In this document: one piece after another, positions 9,579 through 17,726 of the stretch
How the letters are laid out: every line of letters starts with the position of its first letter
How positions within the stretch are numbered: position 1 is the first letter of the stretch
NCBI GenBank assembly: GCA_021802125.1
Contig: JAKAAX010000003.1
Location: forward strand, 148,300-212,299
DNA length: 64,000 nucleotides
Direction: 5' to 3'
DNA from: Thermoplasmata archaeon
Lineage (GTDB): Archaea; Thermoplasmatota; Thermoplasmata; Lutacidiplasmatales; UBA184
Notes under the pieces: generated by a model
The model's database searches: none
What the model was told of the DNA's origin: nothing
The model's input: only the letters and a program-made list of their open reading frames with translations
Program-made: the position numbers and the translations under genes

Positions 9579-10292
9579 ATGTCGCGAATCACCCTACACA
9601 GCTCGCCCTCGACCTCCTCGGACCAGGCGCCCTCCCGCCCGGCCTCCCCGCTCCCACCTTCGATCTCCGGCCCTGACCCCTCTCTCCGCCTGGACGAGAG
9701 GGTCCGGGAACTGCTCTCCGAGTTCCCCGGCTCCGTCGCTTTCCAAGGGCTCCGTCGGACCCTGGGGGTCCACCCCGAGTCCCTCACCCGCGCCCTCCGC
9801 CGCCTCGAACGCGAAGGGGCCGTCCAAAGGACCCAGGAGGGCTACCGGCTGACGGACCACAGCTCCCTCGACGCGCGCGGGAGCTGGGTGCGCCCGGGCG
9901 CTCCCCGTTGGGAGGGTTCTCCCCGGGTCGAGCTCCGTCTTTCTCCTGGAGAGGACGCCTCCCTCCTGCTGGGCCGCCTGTCCGGCCGCTGGTTCGGAGA
10001 CTTCCGCTGGGTCGGCTCCTACGAGGAAGGGCGACGGACGACCCTCCTGTGGGTCTCCCGCGCCGGGGGAGAGCTCCTGGGGCTCGTGCTTGAAGGCGAC
10101 CTGCTCCGGATCCACCAGCAGCCCTCCACCCCCCAGGCCGTCGACCGGCCTCTCGCCTCCTACGAGCTCCTCCAGCACGTGCTGACGGCCCTGCGGGGAC
10201 CCTCCAGGGCCCCGACGCTTTCCGTTCCCGCCGTCCTACCTCTCGTCCTCGACCCTCCTCACGACCGCCGTCCCCAGGGACTCGCGGGGTAG
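9579..10292 (+). CDS. putative winged-helix transcriptional regulator with uncharacterised C-terminal domain
   Basis: ORF 9561..10292. wHTH-like segment FQGLRRTLGVHPESLTRALRRLEREGAVQR. ATG 9579 fits the TATA spacing; GTG 9561 is the alternative start. Confidence 0.5.
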   Translation: MSRITLHSSPSTSSDQAPSRPASPLPPSISGPDPSLRLDERVRELLSEFPGSVAFQGLRRTLGVHPESLTRALRRLEREGAVQRTQEGYRLTDHSSLDARGSWVRPGAPRWEGSPRVELRLSPGEDASLLLGRLSGRWFGDFRWVGSYEEGRRTTLLWVSRAGGELLGLVLEGDLLRIHQQPSTPQAVDRPLASYELLQHVLTALRGPSRAPTLSVPAVLPLVLDPPHDRRPQGLAG

Positions 10293-10325
10293 TTCTTTAG
10301 ACACGAAGGGTCTAGCCGAACTGTC

Positions 10326-10913
10326 GTGGAGATCGGTTCGGACGCCCACTGGATCGTGCGGGGGAGGCTGCTCGCCTCGCGAGCCCCTCGCGACCCCCGA
10401 GAGCTGGCCTCCCTGGCCAGGGCGGGAGTCACCCACGTCCTGAGTCTCGTGGAGTCCGAGGACGAGGAGCGCTGGTCCGAAGCGGCGGGGCTCCGTTTCG
10501 TTTCGAGCCGTATGGACGAGATGGGCTCGCCCTCGTCGGAGTCGGTCCGGGACGCGGTCTCGCGCCTTCTGCTCGCTCTTCGCTCCAGCGACAGCGCCTG
10601 CGTGCTCGTCCACTGCCACGCCGGAGTGGGCCGGGCCGGGGTCGTCTCGGCCGCTTATCTGGGGGTCATGGCCGGCCTCACCCCTGAAGAAGCGGTGGCG
10701 GAGGTGCGGCAACGCCGCCCGGGCGCCCTCTGGAGCCAGGACAAGGAGGTCGCCGTGGAGGACTTCCTGCGCGCTTTCTCGGAGGGACGGGTCCGGCTGG
10801 AAGGGGAGCATCCGTGCCCGAAGTGCGAGCGGAGGATCACTCACCCCGGGGGACCCTGCTTCCGGTGCTCGGGGGTCCGCAGCCTCGACGTCTTCCTAGG
10901 TGTAGGGAACTGA
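10326..10913 (+). CDS. dual-specificity/tyrosine protein phosphatase with C-terminal zinc ribbon
   Basis: 195-aa ORF (GTG start). Cys-phosphatase P-loop VHCHAGVGRAG (HCxxGxxR). C-terminal CPKC...CFRC. Confidence 0.75.
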   Translation: MEIGSDAHWIVRGRLLASRAPRDPRELASLARAGVTHVLSLVESEDEERWSEAAGLRFVSSRMDEMGSPSSESVRDAVSRLLLALRSSDSACVLVHCHAGVGRAGVVSAAYLGVMAGLTPEEAVAEVRQRRPGALWSQDKEVAVEDFLRAFSEGRVRLEGEHPCPKCERRITHPGGPCFRCSGVRSLDVFLGVGN

Positions 10914-11037
10914 CGGCCGAAGGGACTCTGCCTTCCCCCTGCGCGCCCGGCTCCTCTTGCTCACCCTGCTCCCCTCGCCAGGTCCGAACGTGCGAGGGCG
11001 ACAAGGGCATTATGCCGCAGCGTCCTGGCGTCCGAAG

Positions 11038-11655
11038 ATGTGGGCGAGGACGGGTACCCCGTTCCTCCTGATCTCCGGGGGAGCGACGGTGGCGCTCGCC
11101 CTGCTCTGGGCCTTCCGGCCCTGGCTACCGTGGCTCGTCCCGCTCGGCCTTGCCGCGTTCCTGCTGGTCCTGTTCCTCATCTTCTTCCGGGACCCTGAGA
11201 GGGCCCCGGGGGGAGGGATCGTGGCCGCCGCTGACGGGCGGGTGCTCGGGGTGACGGAGGAGGGGGACCGCCTGCGGATCGCGACGTTCATGAACGTCAC
11301 CAACGTGCACGTCAACCGGGTCCCCTTCCCCGGCTACCTGGTCCGGGTCGACGACCGGGGCGGACCCAAGAAACCGGCGTTCTCCCCCGACGCGAGCGGG
11401 AACTCGCAGAAGCGCTACCTCTTCGGCACCCCTCTCGGGCTCATCGAGGTCGTCCAGATCACCGGCATGGTCGCTCGGCGCTGTGTCGCGTGGAAGGGGG
11501 CGGGGAGCCCCTGCCGTAAGGGCGAGCGGATGGGGATCATCGTCTTCGGGTCCCGCGTCGACGTCGTCCTCCCCCGCTCGCGGGTCCGGCCCGTGGTCCG
11601 GCCCGGCCAGAAGGTGCGGGGAGGCACCGACACGCTGGCCGAGGTCCTGGCATGA
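11038..11655 (+). CDS. psd: archaetidylserine (phosphatidylserine) decarboxylase proenzyme, short type
   Basis: Two N-terminal TM helices, then a PSD-like core (GIVAAADGRV...NVHVNRVPFPG...IVFGSRVDVVLP). ATG 11038 is preferred to TTG 10957. Its stop overlaps the start of the next gene (ATGA). Confidence 0.8.
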   Translation: MWARTGTPFLLISGGATVALALLWAFRPWLPWLVPLGLAAFLLVLFLIFFRDPERAPGGGIVAAADGRVLGVTEEGDRLRIATFMNVTNVHVNRVPFPGYLVRVDDRGGPKKPAFSPDASGNSQKRYLFGTPLGLIEVVQITGMVARRCVAWKGAGSPCRKGERMGIIVFGSRVDVVLPRSRVRPVVRPGQKVRGGTDTLAEVLA

Positions 11656-12428
11656 GACGCCCGCACTTCTGGCGAGTGGCCGCCGACCTGGCGACGCTCG
11701 CGAACGGGCTCTCGGGGGCGGGAGCGGTCGCCTACATCCTCCTCGGGAACAAACCCTTCGGGCTCTTCCTCATCCTGGTGGGAGTGGGCTGGGACGGCCT
11801 GGACGGGTTCTTCTCACGGCGGGCCGGCGGGCCGCCCTCCTCCTTCGGTCGGATCGCGGACTCCTGCTCCGACGCGGTGACCTTCTGCCTCGCGCCGGCG
11901 GTGGGGGTGGCGGTCAACGCCTTCGACCGTCCTCTCTGGGCGCCCTGGGACCGGGTGGCCTGGGTCGCCGCGGCCGCCGTCCTTCTGACGGGGCTCGCCC
12001 GGCTGGTCTACTTCACCCTCGTGGCCTACAAGCGCCACAATTTCACCGGGGCCTCGACGCCCCAGAACGCGATGTGGATCCTGGTCCTGCTGCTGCTCTT
12101 CCAGGTCCCAGGCTTCCTGGGGGAGGAGCCGGCCCTCTTCTTCCTCCTCGTCCTCGCGTTCGTCCCCCTGATGGTCCTCCCGATATCCTACCCGAAGCTC
12201 CGGAAGGGGGCGCCGCTGCGAGGGGTCTCGGCGGCCATGGCGCTCGCGCTGACGGTGGCGCTCATCTCCTCGAACTTCCTGCGGTGGGGTGGGCCCCTCC
12301 TGTGGCTCTTCAGCGCGGCGGCGACGGTCGTCTCCTTCGCCCTGCTTGTCCTTTTCTATCTCGCGGGCCCCCTGGTGACCCCGAAGGAGGTGGAAGCTCC
12401 CCCCCATGGTCCGTCCCCCGCGGCGTAA
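11652..12428 (+). CDS. pssA: CDP-alcohol phosphatidyltransferase, probable archaetidylserine synthase
   Basis: 258-aa polytopic ORF. CDP-OH-P motif WDGLDGFFSRRAGGPPSSFGRIADSCSDAV (the DGxxAR-type spacing is off by one and A is replaced by S). Translationally coupled to psd. Confidence 0.75.
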   Translation: MRRPHFWRVAADLATLANGLSGAGAVAYILLGNKPFGLFLILVGVGWDGLDGFFSRRAGGPPSSFGRIADSCSDAVTFCLAPAVGVAVNAFDRPLWAPWDRVAWVAAAAVLLTGLARLVYFTLVAYKRHNFTGASTPQNAMWILVLLLLFQVPGFLGEEPALFFLLVLAFVPLMVLPISYPKLRKGAPLRGVSAAMALALTVALISSNFLRWGGPLLWLFSAAATVVSFALLVLFYLAGPLVTPKEVEAPPHGPSPAA

Positions 12429-12825
12429 GCGGTCCGACCGGCTCCCCGCCGACCGCGAGCAGGCCCTCTTCGAGGCCGGGATCAAGCTCGGCGGGCTGTT
12501 CCACCAGTTCATTGGCGTGCCCGTCGCGCCCAAGACCGCGCCCTCCCTGGCGCGCGCGATCGAGGAGGCGGTGGGCCTCCAGCCCTTCGTGCGACAGGTC
12601 CGGGTGCGGATCTCTCCCGGGGCCGAGGGGAAGAGCGGGACGGGAAGGTTCGGGTACCACTACCTCACCGCAAAGATGATCGACGCCGTGATCGAGGTGC
12701 GGGTCGGCGCTTCGACGGTCCGGGCCCGGCTCGCCTTCCGCAAGGAGCTGAACTACCCGCTGATGGAGGTCCTGGCGTCCACCGGAGAAGCCAGGTCGCC
12801 ACCTCGCCGCCGCTCCCAGCGATGA
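12406..12825 (+). CDS. mptD: archaeal-type dihydroneopterin aldolase family protein (MptD-like)
   Basis: 139-aa ORF. From memory, GIKLGGLFHQFIGVPV, LQPFV, FGYHYL and NYPLMEV resemble the PF04038 pattern. Overlaps pssA by 23 nt. Confidence 0.55.
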   Translation: MVRPPRRKRSDRLPADREQALFEAGIKLGGLFHQFIGVPVAPKTAPSLARAIEEAVGLQPFVRQVRVRISPGAEGKSGTGRFGYHYLTAKMIDAVIEVRVGASTVRARLAFRKELNYPLMEVLASTGEARSPPRRRSQR

Positions 12826-12844
12826 ACCCGGACGGTCGGAGCTC

Positions 12845-12883
12845 CCGCGCCTGAAGCGCGGATCGCGTGGGTTGGGCCCACGC
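12845..12883. terminator. two adjacent GC hairpins between convergent genes
   Basis: ccgcgc-ctgaa-gcgcgg (12845-12861) and gcgtggg-ttggg-cccacgc (12865-12883), located between the stops at 12825 (+) and 12942 (-). Confidence 0.3.
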
Positions 12884-12941
12884 CTATCGAGTTGTCATCC
12901 TCTCGGATCGGGCCGCCATTCCCGGGACCCCAGGACCGGCC

Positions 12942-13181
12942 TTAGCCGCTGTCCCCGCCGCTCCCGCCATCGCCCCCGCCACCGTCGCCGCCCGTAGAAC
13001 CGCTCGTGCTGTTCGTCGGCGAGGTCGGCACCGGGGGCGCCGTGGGGCCGGGGCTCGTCCCTGGCACCGACGTGGCTCCCGAGGAGTGGGTCGCGTGGCT
13101 GAGGGAGGGGACCAGGGGGAGGATCAGCGCAACTGCCCCGATCGCGATCAGCATCACCAGCGGCTTGGTTGGGACACGCAT
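12942..13181 (-). CDS. small secreted/anchored low-complexity protein (Pro/Thr/Ser then Gly/Asp-rich)
   Basis: 79 codons from ATG 13181. Signal-like MRVPTKPLVMLIAIGAVALILPLVP, then TSVPGTSPGPTAPPVPTSPT and GGDGGGGDGGSGGDSG. No family recognised. Confidence 0.4.
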   Translation of the reverse strand: MRVPTKPLVMLIAIGAVALILPLVPSLSHATHSSGATSVPGTSPGPTAPPVPTSPTNSTSGSTGGDGGGGDGGSGGDSG

Positions 13182-13213
13182 GCACGGTCCATGCGCGGGG
13201 TGGAGGATACCCC

Positions 13214-13311
13214 TTTTGGCGCACGCCCCGAACGAGACGCGAACGTCGGCCCGGCCTCGATAACACCGACGTTCGGACCGTGCGCCAGGTCGTTCGGACC
13301 TTGCGCCAAAA
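13214..13311. repeat. three copies of a ~20-nt motif (cgttcgg-N4-tgcgcca) plus a 9-bp perfect inverted repeat in a divergent intergenic region
   Basis: Copy A is inverted at 13214-13234 (ttttggcgcacgccccgaacg). Copy B is at 13270-13287 (cgttcggaccgtgcgcca). Copy C is at 13291-13311 (cgttcggaccttgcgccaaaa). The inverted repeat is gaacgtcgg 13241-13249 / ccgacgttc 13266-13274. Confidence 0.75.
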
Positions 13312-13434
13312 GGCACCTCATTGCACGGAATCTGGGAGCATCTGTATCGCCCGTGCGGTGAGCAAGAATGCCACGACCGAACCCTGGAGGTCGGCCGGTG
13401 AACCGCTCGACGATGCCCAGCTAGGTGACCCTGA

Positions 13435-15930
13435 ATGTCTGCAAGACCACGGCGGCTCCGCCCTCACCACCGGTCCGGCGAGGAGCGCTCGAGAGCCCTC
13501 GCTCCCGGCACCCTCTCTCCCTCGATCTGGAACCGGTCGCTGGTGCTGGGGCTCGCGGGGCTTCTGCTCTTCTCCGGCTACGGGGCCTTCCTTCCGGCCC
13601 ACATCCGCTGCGCGCTGCCCGGCGCCGTGGGCTGTCCGGGGGGCCTGCTGCCGTTCGCCGCGCCGGCGCCAGCCGGAGCCACACAGCAGTGGTTCAACGT
13701 CATCGCCTACGACTACGGCTTCTGGGTCACCGACACGGTCTCGGGGGCGAACGACTCCTCCGCCTGGCCGGTGTACGAAGGATGGACCGTCAACGTGAAC
13801 GTGACCAGCTTCCCGCCCAACCCTTCCGTCGGCGGGGTGAACCAGCACGGAGTGGGCATCGACATCTCCGGGAGCGGGAACGTCTTCAGCGTCTCCGGCC
13901 CCGTGGGGTCCTGGAACCAGGGGAGCTTCGTCGCCCCCACCACGCCCTCGACGGGGAACCGGGTGTACTGCACGATCTACTGCGGACCGGGCCACTCGAG
14001 CCAGGTCGCGCACATCCTGAACGTGGTCCCCCCGCCGAACGTCCCCACCGCGACCGCCTCGGGAACCCCGACCTCCGGCGCGGCACCCCTCGCCGTCACC
14101 TTCCTGGGCAGCGCGGCCGGTGGGAGCGCGCCCTACACCTACCTCTGGAACTTCGGGGACGGCTCGCTCGGGTCGGCCGCGCCCTCCCCCCAGCATGTCT
14201 ACAACGTGTCGGGGGCCTACTCCGCCAAGCTCACGGTGACCGATTCGACGGGGGTGAGCGCGATCGCCACCGTCGCCGTCTCGGTCCAGGCGGCGAGTCA
14301 CCTGGTGGTGTCGGCCTCCGGGTCCCCGCTCTCCGGGAAGGAGCCACTTCCCGTCACGCTCTCGGCGAGCGCCACGGGGGGAGCGCCTCCCTACGCGTGG
14401 GTCTGGGACTACGGTGACGGGAGCTCTGGGATCGGCGCGTCGGTGAGCCACGTCTACGCCCTCCCGGGGACCTTCGTGGCCACCGTGCGGGCGGTCGATG
14501 CGGGCGGGACCGCGGCGACCTCCACGGTGCTCGTGAACGTGAGCGCCGCCGGTCCAGCCCTGCCGGTCTCGATCGCCTCCTCCGCGGCCTCGGGGCCCGC
14601 TCCGTTCGGGGTCACCCTCAACGCCTCAGCGACGGGGGGAACGGCTCCCTACAATGTGACCTGGGACCTGGGCGACGGCACGATGGCGTGGGGAAGTTCT
14701 CTCACCCACACCTACTCGGTCCAGGGCACTTACGTCGCGACGGCGACGGTCCGAGACGCGAGCGGCTCGGAGGGAGCGGCGACCACGGTCCTGACGGTAT
14801 CGGGCACGGCCGCCTCACCGCTCGCGCTTCACCTGGGGCCCACTCCCGCGGTCGGCGCGAGCCCGCTGGCGGTGAGCGTCGGCGGCTCCGAGATGGGGGG
14901 GACCCCGCCCTACGCCGCCCTCGCGTGGAGCTTCGGGGACGGGACCACCGGCTCCGGCAGTGTTGTCACCCACACGTACGCCTCTCCCGGAAACTACACG
15001 CTCTCCGCCACGGGCAAGGATGCGGTGGGCACGACGGTCTCCGCGTCCAGCGTGATCGTCGTGGTCGGGTTCGGGCTGCACCTCGCCCTCTCCGGCGCTC
15101 AAGGCGACGCGCCCGCCCAGTTGAACGGGTCGGGCTCGGTCTTCGGCGGCTCCGGGGTCTTCGGTCCGGTCGCGTGGGCGTGGGGGGACGGGACGACCTC
15201 CTCCGGACCCATCGTCTCGCACGTCTATGCCAGCTCCAGCTCCACTCCCTACAGCGTGGTCGCCACCGTCCATGACTCCGCAGGAGCGACCGTCACGGGC
15301 ACCGGCTCCTTCCTGGTCTTCCCTCCCCTCGCGGTCGTTCTCAACGCCTCGTTGAGCTCCGCGACCCCTCCGGTCCACGCGAGCTTCTCGCTGAAGGCCT
15401 CGGGAGGCAGCGGCTCGTACCCCTCCGGGGTCCTCTGGAACTTCGGGGACGGGACGTCCACGCGGGGCGGGCTCACCGCCTCGGAGAACTACACCAAGGC
15501 CGGTTCCTACCACGTCACCGCCTCCGCCGTCGACTCGGCGGGGGGAGCGGCTCTGGGCTCGACCTGGGTCAATGTGAGCCTGGCGGGCTCGCTACCTCCC
15601 GGAGGGAGCGGGAACGGGGGCCCGACGGGACCTCTGCCGCCTCCGTGGCTCGGTAACGGGGTGGGCAATCCCACCCAGACAAGCTTGGTGCTCCTCTTCA
15701 TCATGTCCGCCGTCGCGCTGGCGCTGGTCCTCCAGGGCCGGCGAAAGCGTCTCTCGAAGCAGGGGTCCAAACCGGCCCACCCTGCTGGCCGCGCTCCGAA
15801 CGGGATCTCAGGTACCGGGAGCTCCCGGGCAGGGCCCTCATCCTCCACATCCTCCGGGCCTGCGTCCGCGAGGGGAAACGAGCAGGCGTCGGGGTCGAGC
15901 GGCACGTCTCCCGGGGACACGGAAGGGTGA
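13435..15930 (+). CDS. membrane-anchored surface protein: CuA-like cupredoxin head + six PKD domains
   Basis: 831-aa ORF. N-terminal anchor SLVLGLAGLLLFSGYGAF. Cupredoxin segment with H138 and YCTIYCGPGHSSQ (C179-x3-C183-x3-H187-x2-Q190). Six WxFGDG/WxYGDG PKD signatures. C-terminal TM LVLLFIMSAVALALVL + RRKR and a Ser/Gly-rich tail. Confidence 0.85.
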   Translation: MSARPRRLRPHHRSGEERSRALAPGTLSPSIWNRSLVLGLAGLLLFSGYGAFLPAHIRCALPGAVGCPGGLLPFAAPAPAGATQQWFNVIAYDYGFWVTDTVSGANDSSAWPVYEGWTVNVNVTSFPPNPSVGGVNQHGVGIDISGSGNVFSVSGPVGSWNQGSFVAPTTPSTGNRVYCTIYCGPGHSSQVAHILNVVPPPNVPTATASGTPTSGAAPLAVTFLGSAAGGSAPYTYLWNFGDGSLGSAAPSPQHVYNVSGAYSAKLTVTDSTGVSAIATVAVSVQAASHLVVSASGSPLSGKEPLPVTLSASATGGAPPYAWVWDYGDGSSGIGASVSHVYALPGTFVATVRAVDAGGTAATSTVLVNVSAAGPALPVSIASSAASGPAPFGVTLNASATGGTAPYNVTWDLGDGTMAWGSSLTHTYSVQGTYVATATVRDASGSEGAATTVLTVSGTAASPLALHLGPTPAVGASPLAVSVGGSEMGGTPPYAALAWSFGDGTTGSGSVVTHTYASPGNYTLSATGKDAVGTTVSASSVIVVVGFGLHLALSGAQGDAPAQLNGSGSVFGGSGVFGPVAWAWGDGTTSSGPIVSHVYASSSSTPYSVVATVHDSAGATVTGTGSFLVFPPLAVVLNASLSSATPPVHASFSLKASGGSGSYPSGVLWNFGDGTSTRGGLTASENYTKAGSYHVTASAVDSAGGAALGSTWVNVSLAGSLPPGGSGNGGPTGPLPPPWLGNGVGNPTQTSLVLLFIMSAVALALVLQGRRKRLSKQGSKPAHPAGRAPNGISGTGSSRAGPSSSTSSGPASARGNEQASGSSGTSPGDTEG

Positions 15931-16024
15931 GACCCACGAGTCTGCCATCCGCATCCGCCGGAACGGTCGTGTCGGGGTGCCGATCCCGCGACCCCCTCCC
16001 GAGGTTCTGCGGCACGGGGTTCCC

Positions 16025-17572
16025 ATGGTGACCGGGATCAGGTACGGCCCGCCGTCCGGGTCGGAGGAGGTCCACGGTCGGTGCCTTCACTGCGGGGCGC
16101 CACTGGGAGCCGGGGACCCCGTCCTGCTCTGCAGGGCGTGCGAGCGGTCGAACGTCCCGGTGGGCGTCGCGCCCCCTCCCCTGCCTCCTCCGCCCCCGCT
16201 ACCACCTCCCCCTCCACCGTCCGTCCCCATCTCGGTCCAACCCTGGCCCAGCCTCCGGTACTGTCCAGCTTGCGCCGGTCCCCTCGGTGCGTCTGCGGAG
16301 TGCGCTACCTGCGGGGTCAGCTGGGGCGTGCCGACGCTTGCGGTGGGATGGAGCGCGGCCGCGGCACGTCCCGGCGCTCCGGGCCCGAGCCGCCCGGACT
16401 CCCCCGCCCTTCCCGGCAGGTCGGGCACGGTCGCCCTTCCAGGTGCGGACCAGGCTCATCAGGAGAGGATCCCCGAAGCGAGGGGCGGAGAATTGGTCAC
16501 TTCTTCGGCCGCAGCTCCGTTGGACCAGCCCAGCGTCGGGCGGCCCTCCACCCCCCGGTCGCCAACTGGGGCGGTGGGGAGTGAGAGAGGACGAACCCCC
16601 CACGCCCCCTCCGCGGCGCCCGCCCGAAAGGCTGCGCCTCCCCCGAACTCGGCGAAGGCGAAGGTCCAGCGGGGGTGGAGGAAGGTACTCGCGTTCTTCC
16701 CCCCGGTCCGGCTCGTCTGGATCTTCCTACTGACCCTGTTCTACCTTTCCGGAGGGCTGGCCGTCCGGGCCGGTTGGGAGTCCCTCTTCGCCGTTATCGG
16801 GGCCTCCGTTGCGATCGACCTCGGATTCCAGTGGGGCAGGTACGGGCGGCTCCGCTTCCCGGACGGGGCGCTCGCGGTGGCTGGGTTCTTGATGGTCCTC
16901 CTCGACCCGACCGTCGTGACACTCCCGCTGGTCGCGGTCGTCGTCACGACGCACGTGCTCCGACAGGTCCTGCGAAGCTCGGGGCGCCCGTGGTTCAATC
17001 CGACCGCGCTGGGGTTGACGGTCGGCTTCTTCGTCATCGGGACCCAGGTCCCATGGGCCGTGGGCACGACCCCCCAGCTGGAGCTGGTCATGCTGGTCAT
17101 GGGGCTGCTCCTGATCCTCCGCCAGCGCAGCAGCTGGCGTCTGCCCTTCTACTTCTTCGTGAGCGCGATGCCCTTGCTCCTCCTGGCCCCGCTGGACCTC
17201 GGAGGGGCCCCTTCGCTCTCGTGGAGCGCTTTCCTGATGGCGAACCTCTCGCCGCTCACGATCTTCTTCGGTCTGTTCATGGTGCCGGAACCTCGCACCG
17301 CTCCTCCCTCGCCCCGCCACATGTGGATCTTCGCGGTGCTGGTCGGAGAGCTGTACGCGTTTCTCCCCCTGACCTTCACCACGTGGACCCAGCTCGCCCC
17401 CATCGGGGCGATCACCCCGTTCCTTGCGCTCTTCGCGGGCAACATCTTCACGGTCCTCCTCCGGGCCCACACCGCGCGCCAGCGGAAGGCGCAGAGCTCG
17501 CCGGGAGGGGCGGGGCTCTCGCCCGCGCGCCCCCAACGGATGGGCGGGGGATCGGCCCCCGTATACGGATGA
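16025..17572 (+). CDS. zinc-ribbon / polyproline / RnfD-NqrB-like polytopic membrane fusion protein
   Basis: ORF 15977..17572 (GTG), with ATG 16025 as alternative. Two ribbons (CLHCG...CRAC and CPACAG...CATCG) flank PPPLPPPPPLPPPPPPS. The C-terminal ~300 aa have about 8 TM helices and RnfD-like landmarks WFNPTALG and FMVPEPRTAP (compare FNPA and TDPxTxP). Confidence 0.6.
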   Translation: MVTGIRYGPPSGSEEVHGRCLHCGAPLGAGDPVLLCRACERSNVPVGVAPPPLPPPPPLPPPPPPSVPISVQPWPSLRYCPACAGPLGASAECATCGVSWGVPTLAVGWSAAAARPGAPGPSRPDSPALPGRSGTVALPGADQAHQERIPEARGGELVTSSAAAPLDQPSVGRPSTPRSPTGAVGSERGRTPHAPSAAPARKAAPPPNSAKAKVQRGWRKVLAFFPPVRLVWIFLLTLFYLSGGLAVRAGWESLFAVIGASVAIDLGFQWGRYGRLRFPDGALAVAGFLMVLLDPTVVTLPLVAVVVTTHVLRQVLRSSGRPWFNPTALGLTVGFFVIGTQVPWAVGTTPQLELVMLVMGLLLILRQRSSWRLPFYFFVSAMPLLLLAPLDLGGAPSLSWSAFLMANLSPLTIFFGLFMVPEPRTAPPSPRHMWIFAVLVGELYAFLPLTFTTWTQLAPIGAITPFLALFAGNIFTVLLRAHTARQRKAQSSPGGAGLSPARPQRMGGGSAPVYG

Positions 17573-17600
17573 GCTTGCCGGACCTCTATGCAACCGCTCG

Positions 17601-17645
17601 CACACCCGCTCCCACACCCGTTGCCACACCCGCCCCACACCCCTC
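17601..17645. repeat. four tandem ~12-nt CACACCC-containing units
   Basis: cacaccc starts at 17601, 17613, 17625 and 17636 (spacing 12, 12, 11), in the spacer upstream of ORF 17727. Confidence 0.6.
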
Positions 17646-17726
17646 CTATCTCCGTCCCGCACCACCGGCAGTGAACATCGCTCCGAAACCTGCTTCCGCG
17701 CCCCTCCGTGAAGGGTAAATACGCAC

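Noticed and set aside
9571-9589. cgttcggatgtcgcgaatc at the start of the wHTH gene resembles the cgttcgg-N4-tgcgcca repeat at 13214-13311.
   Set aside because: Only the 7-nt half-site is identical, and the second half matches 3 of 6 positions. This is compatible with chance in a GC-rich genome.
13435-15930. Periodic nucleotide repeats that might suggest a CRISPR or satellite array.
   Set aside because: The periodicity is about 270-290 nt and reflects PKD protein domains (WxFGDG). There are no short identical direct repeats with unique spacers. No CRISPR array was seen anywhere in the window.
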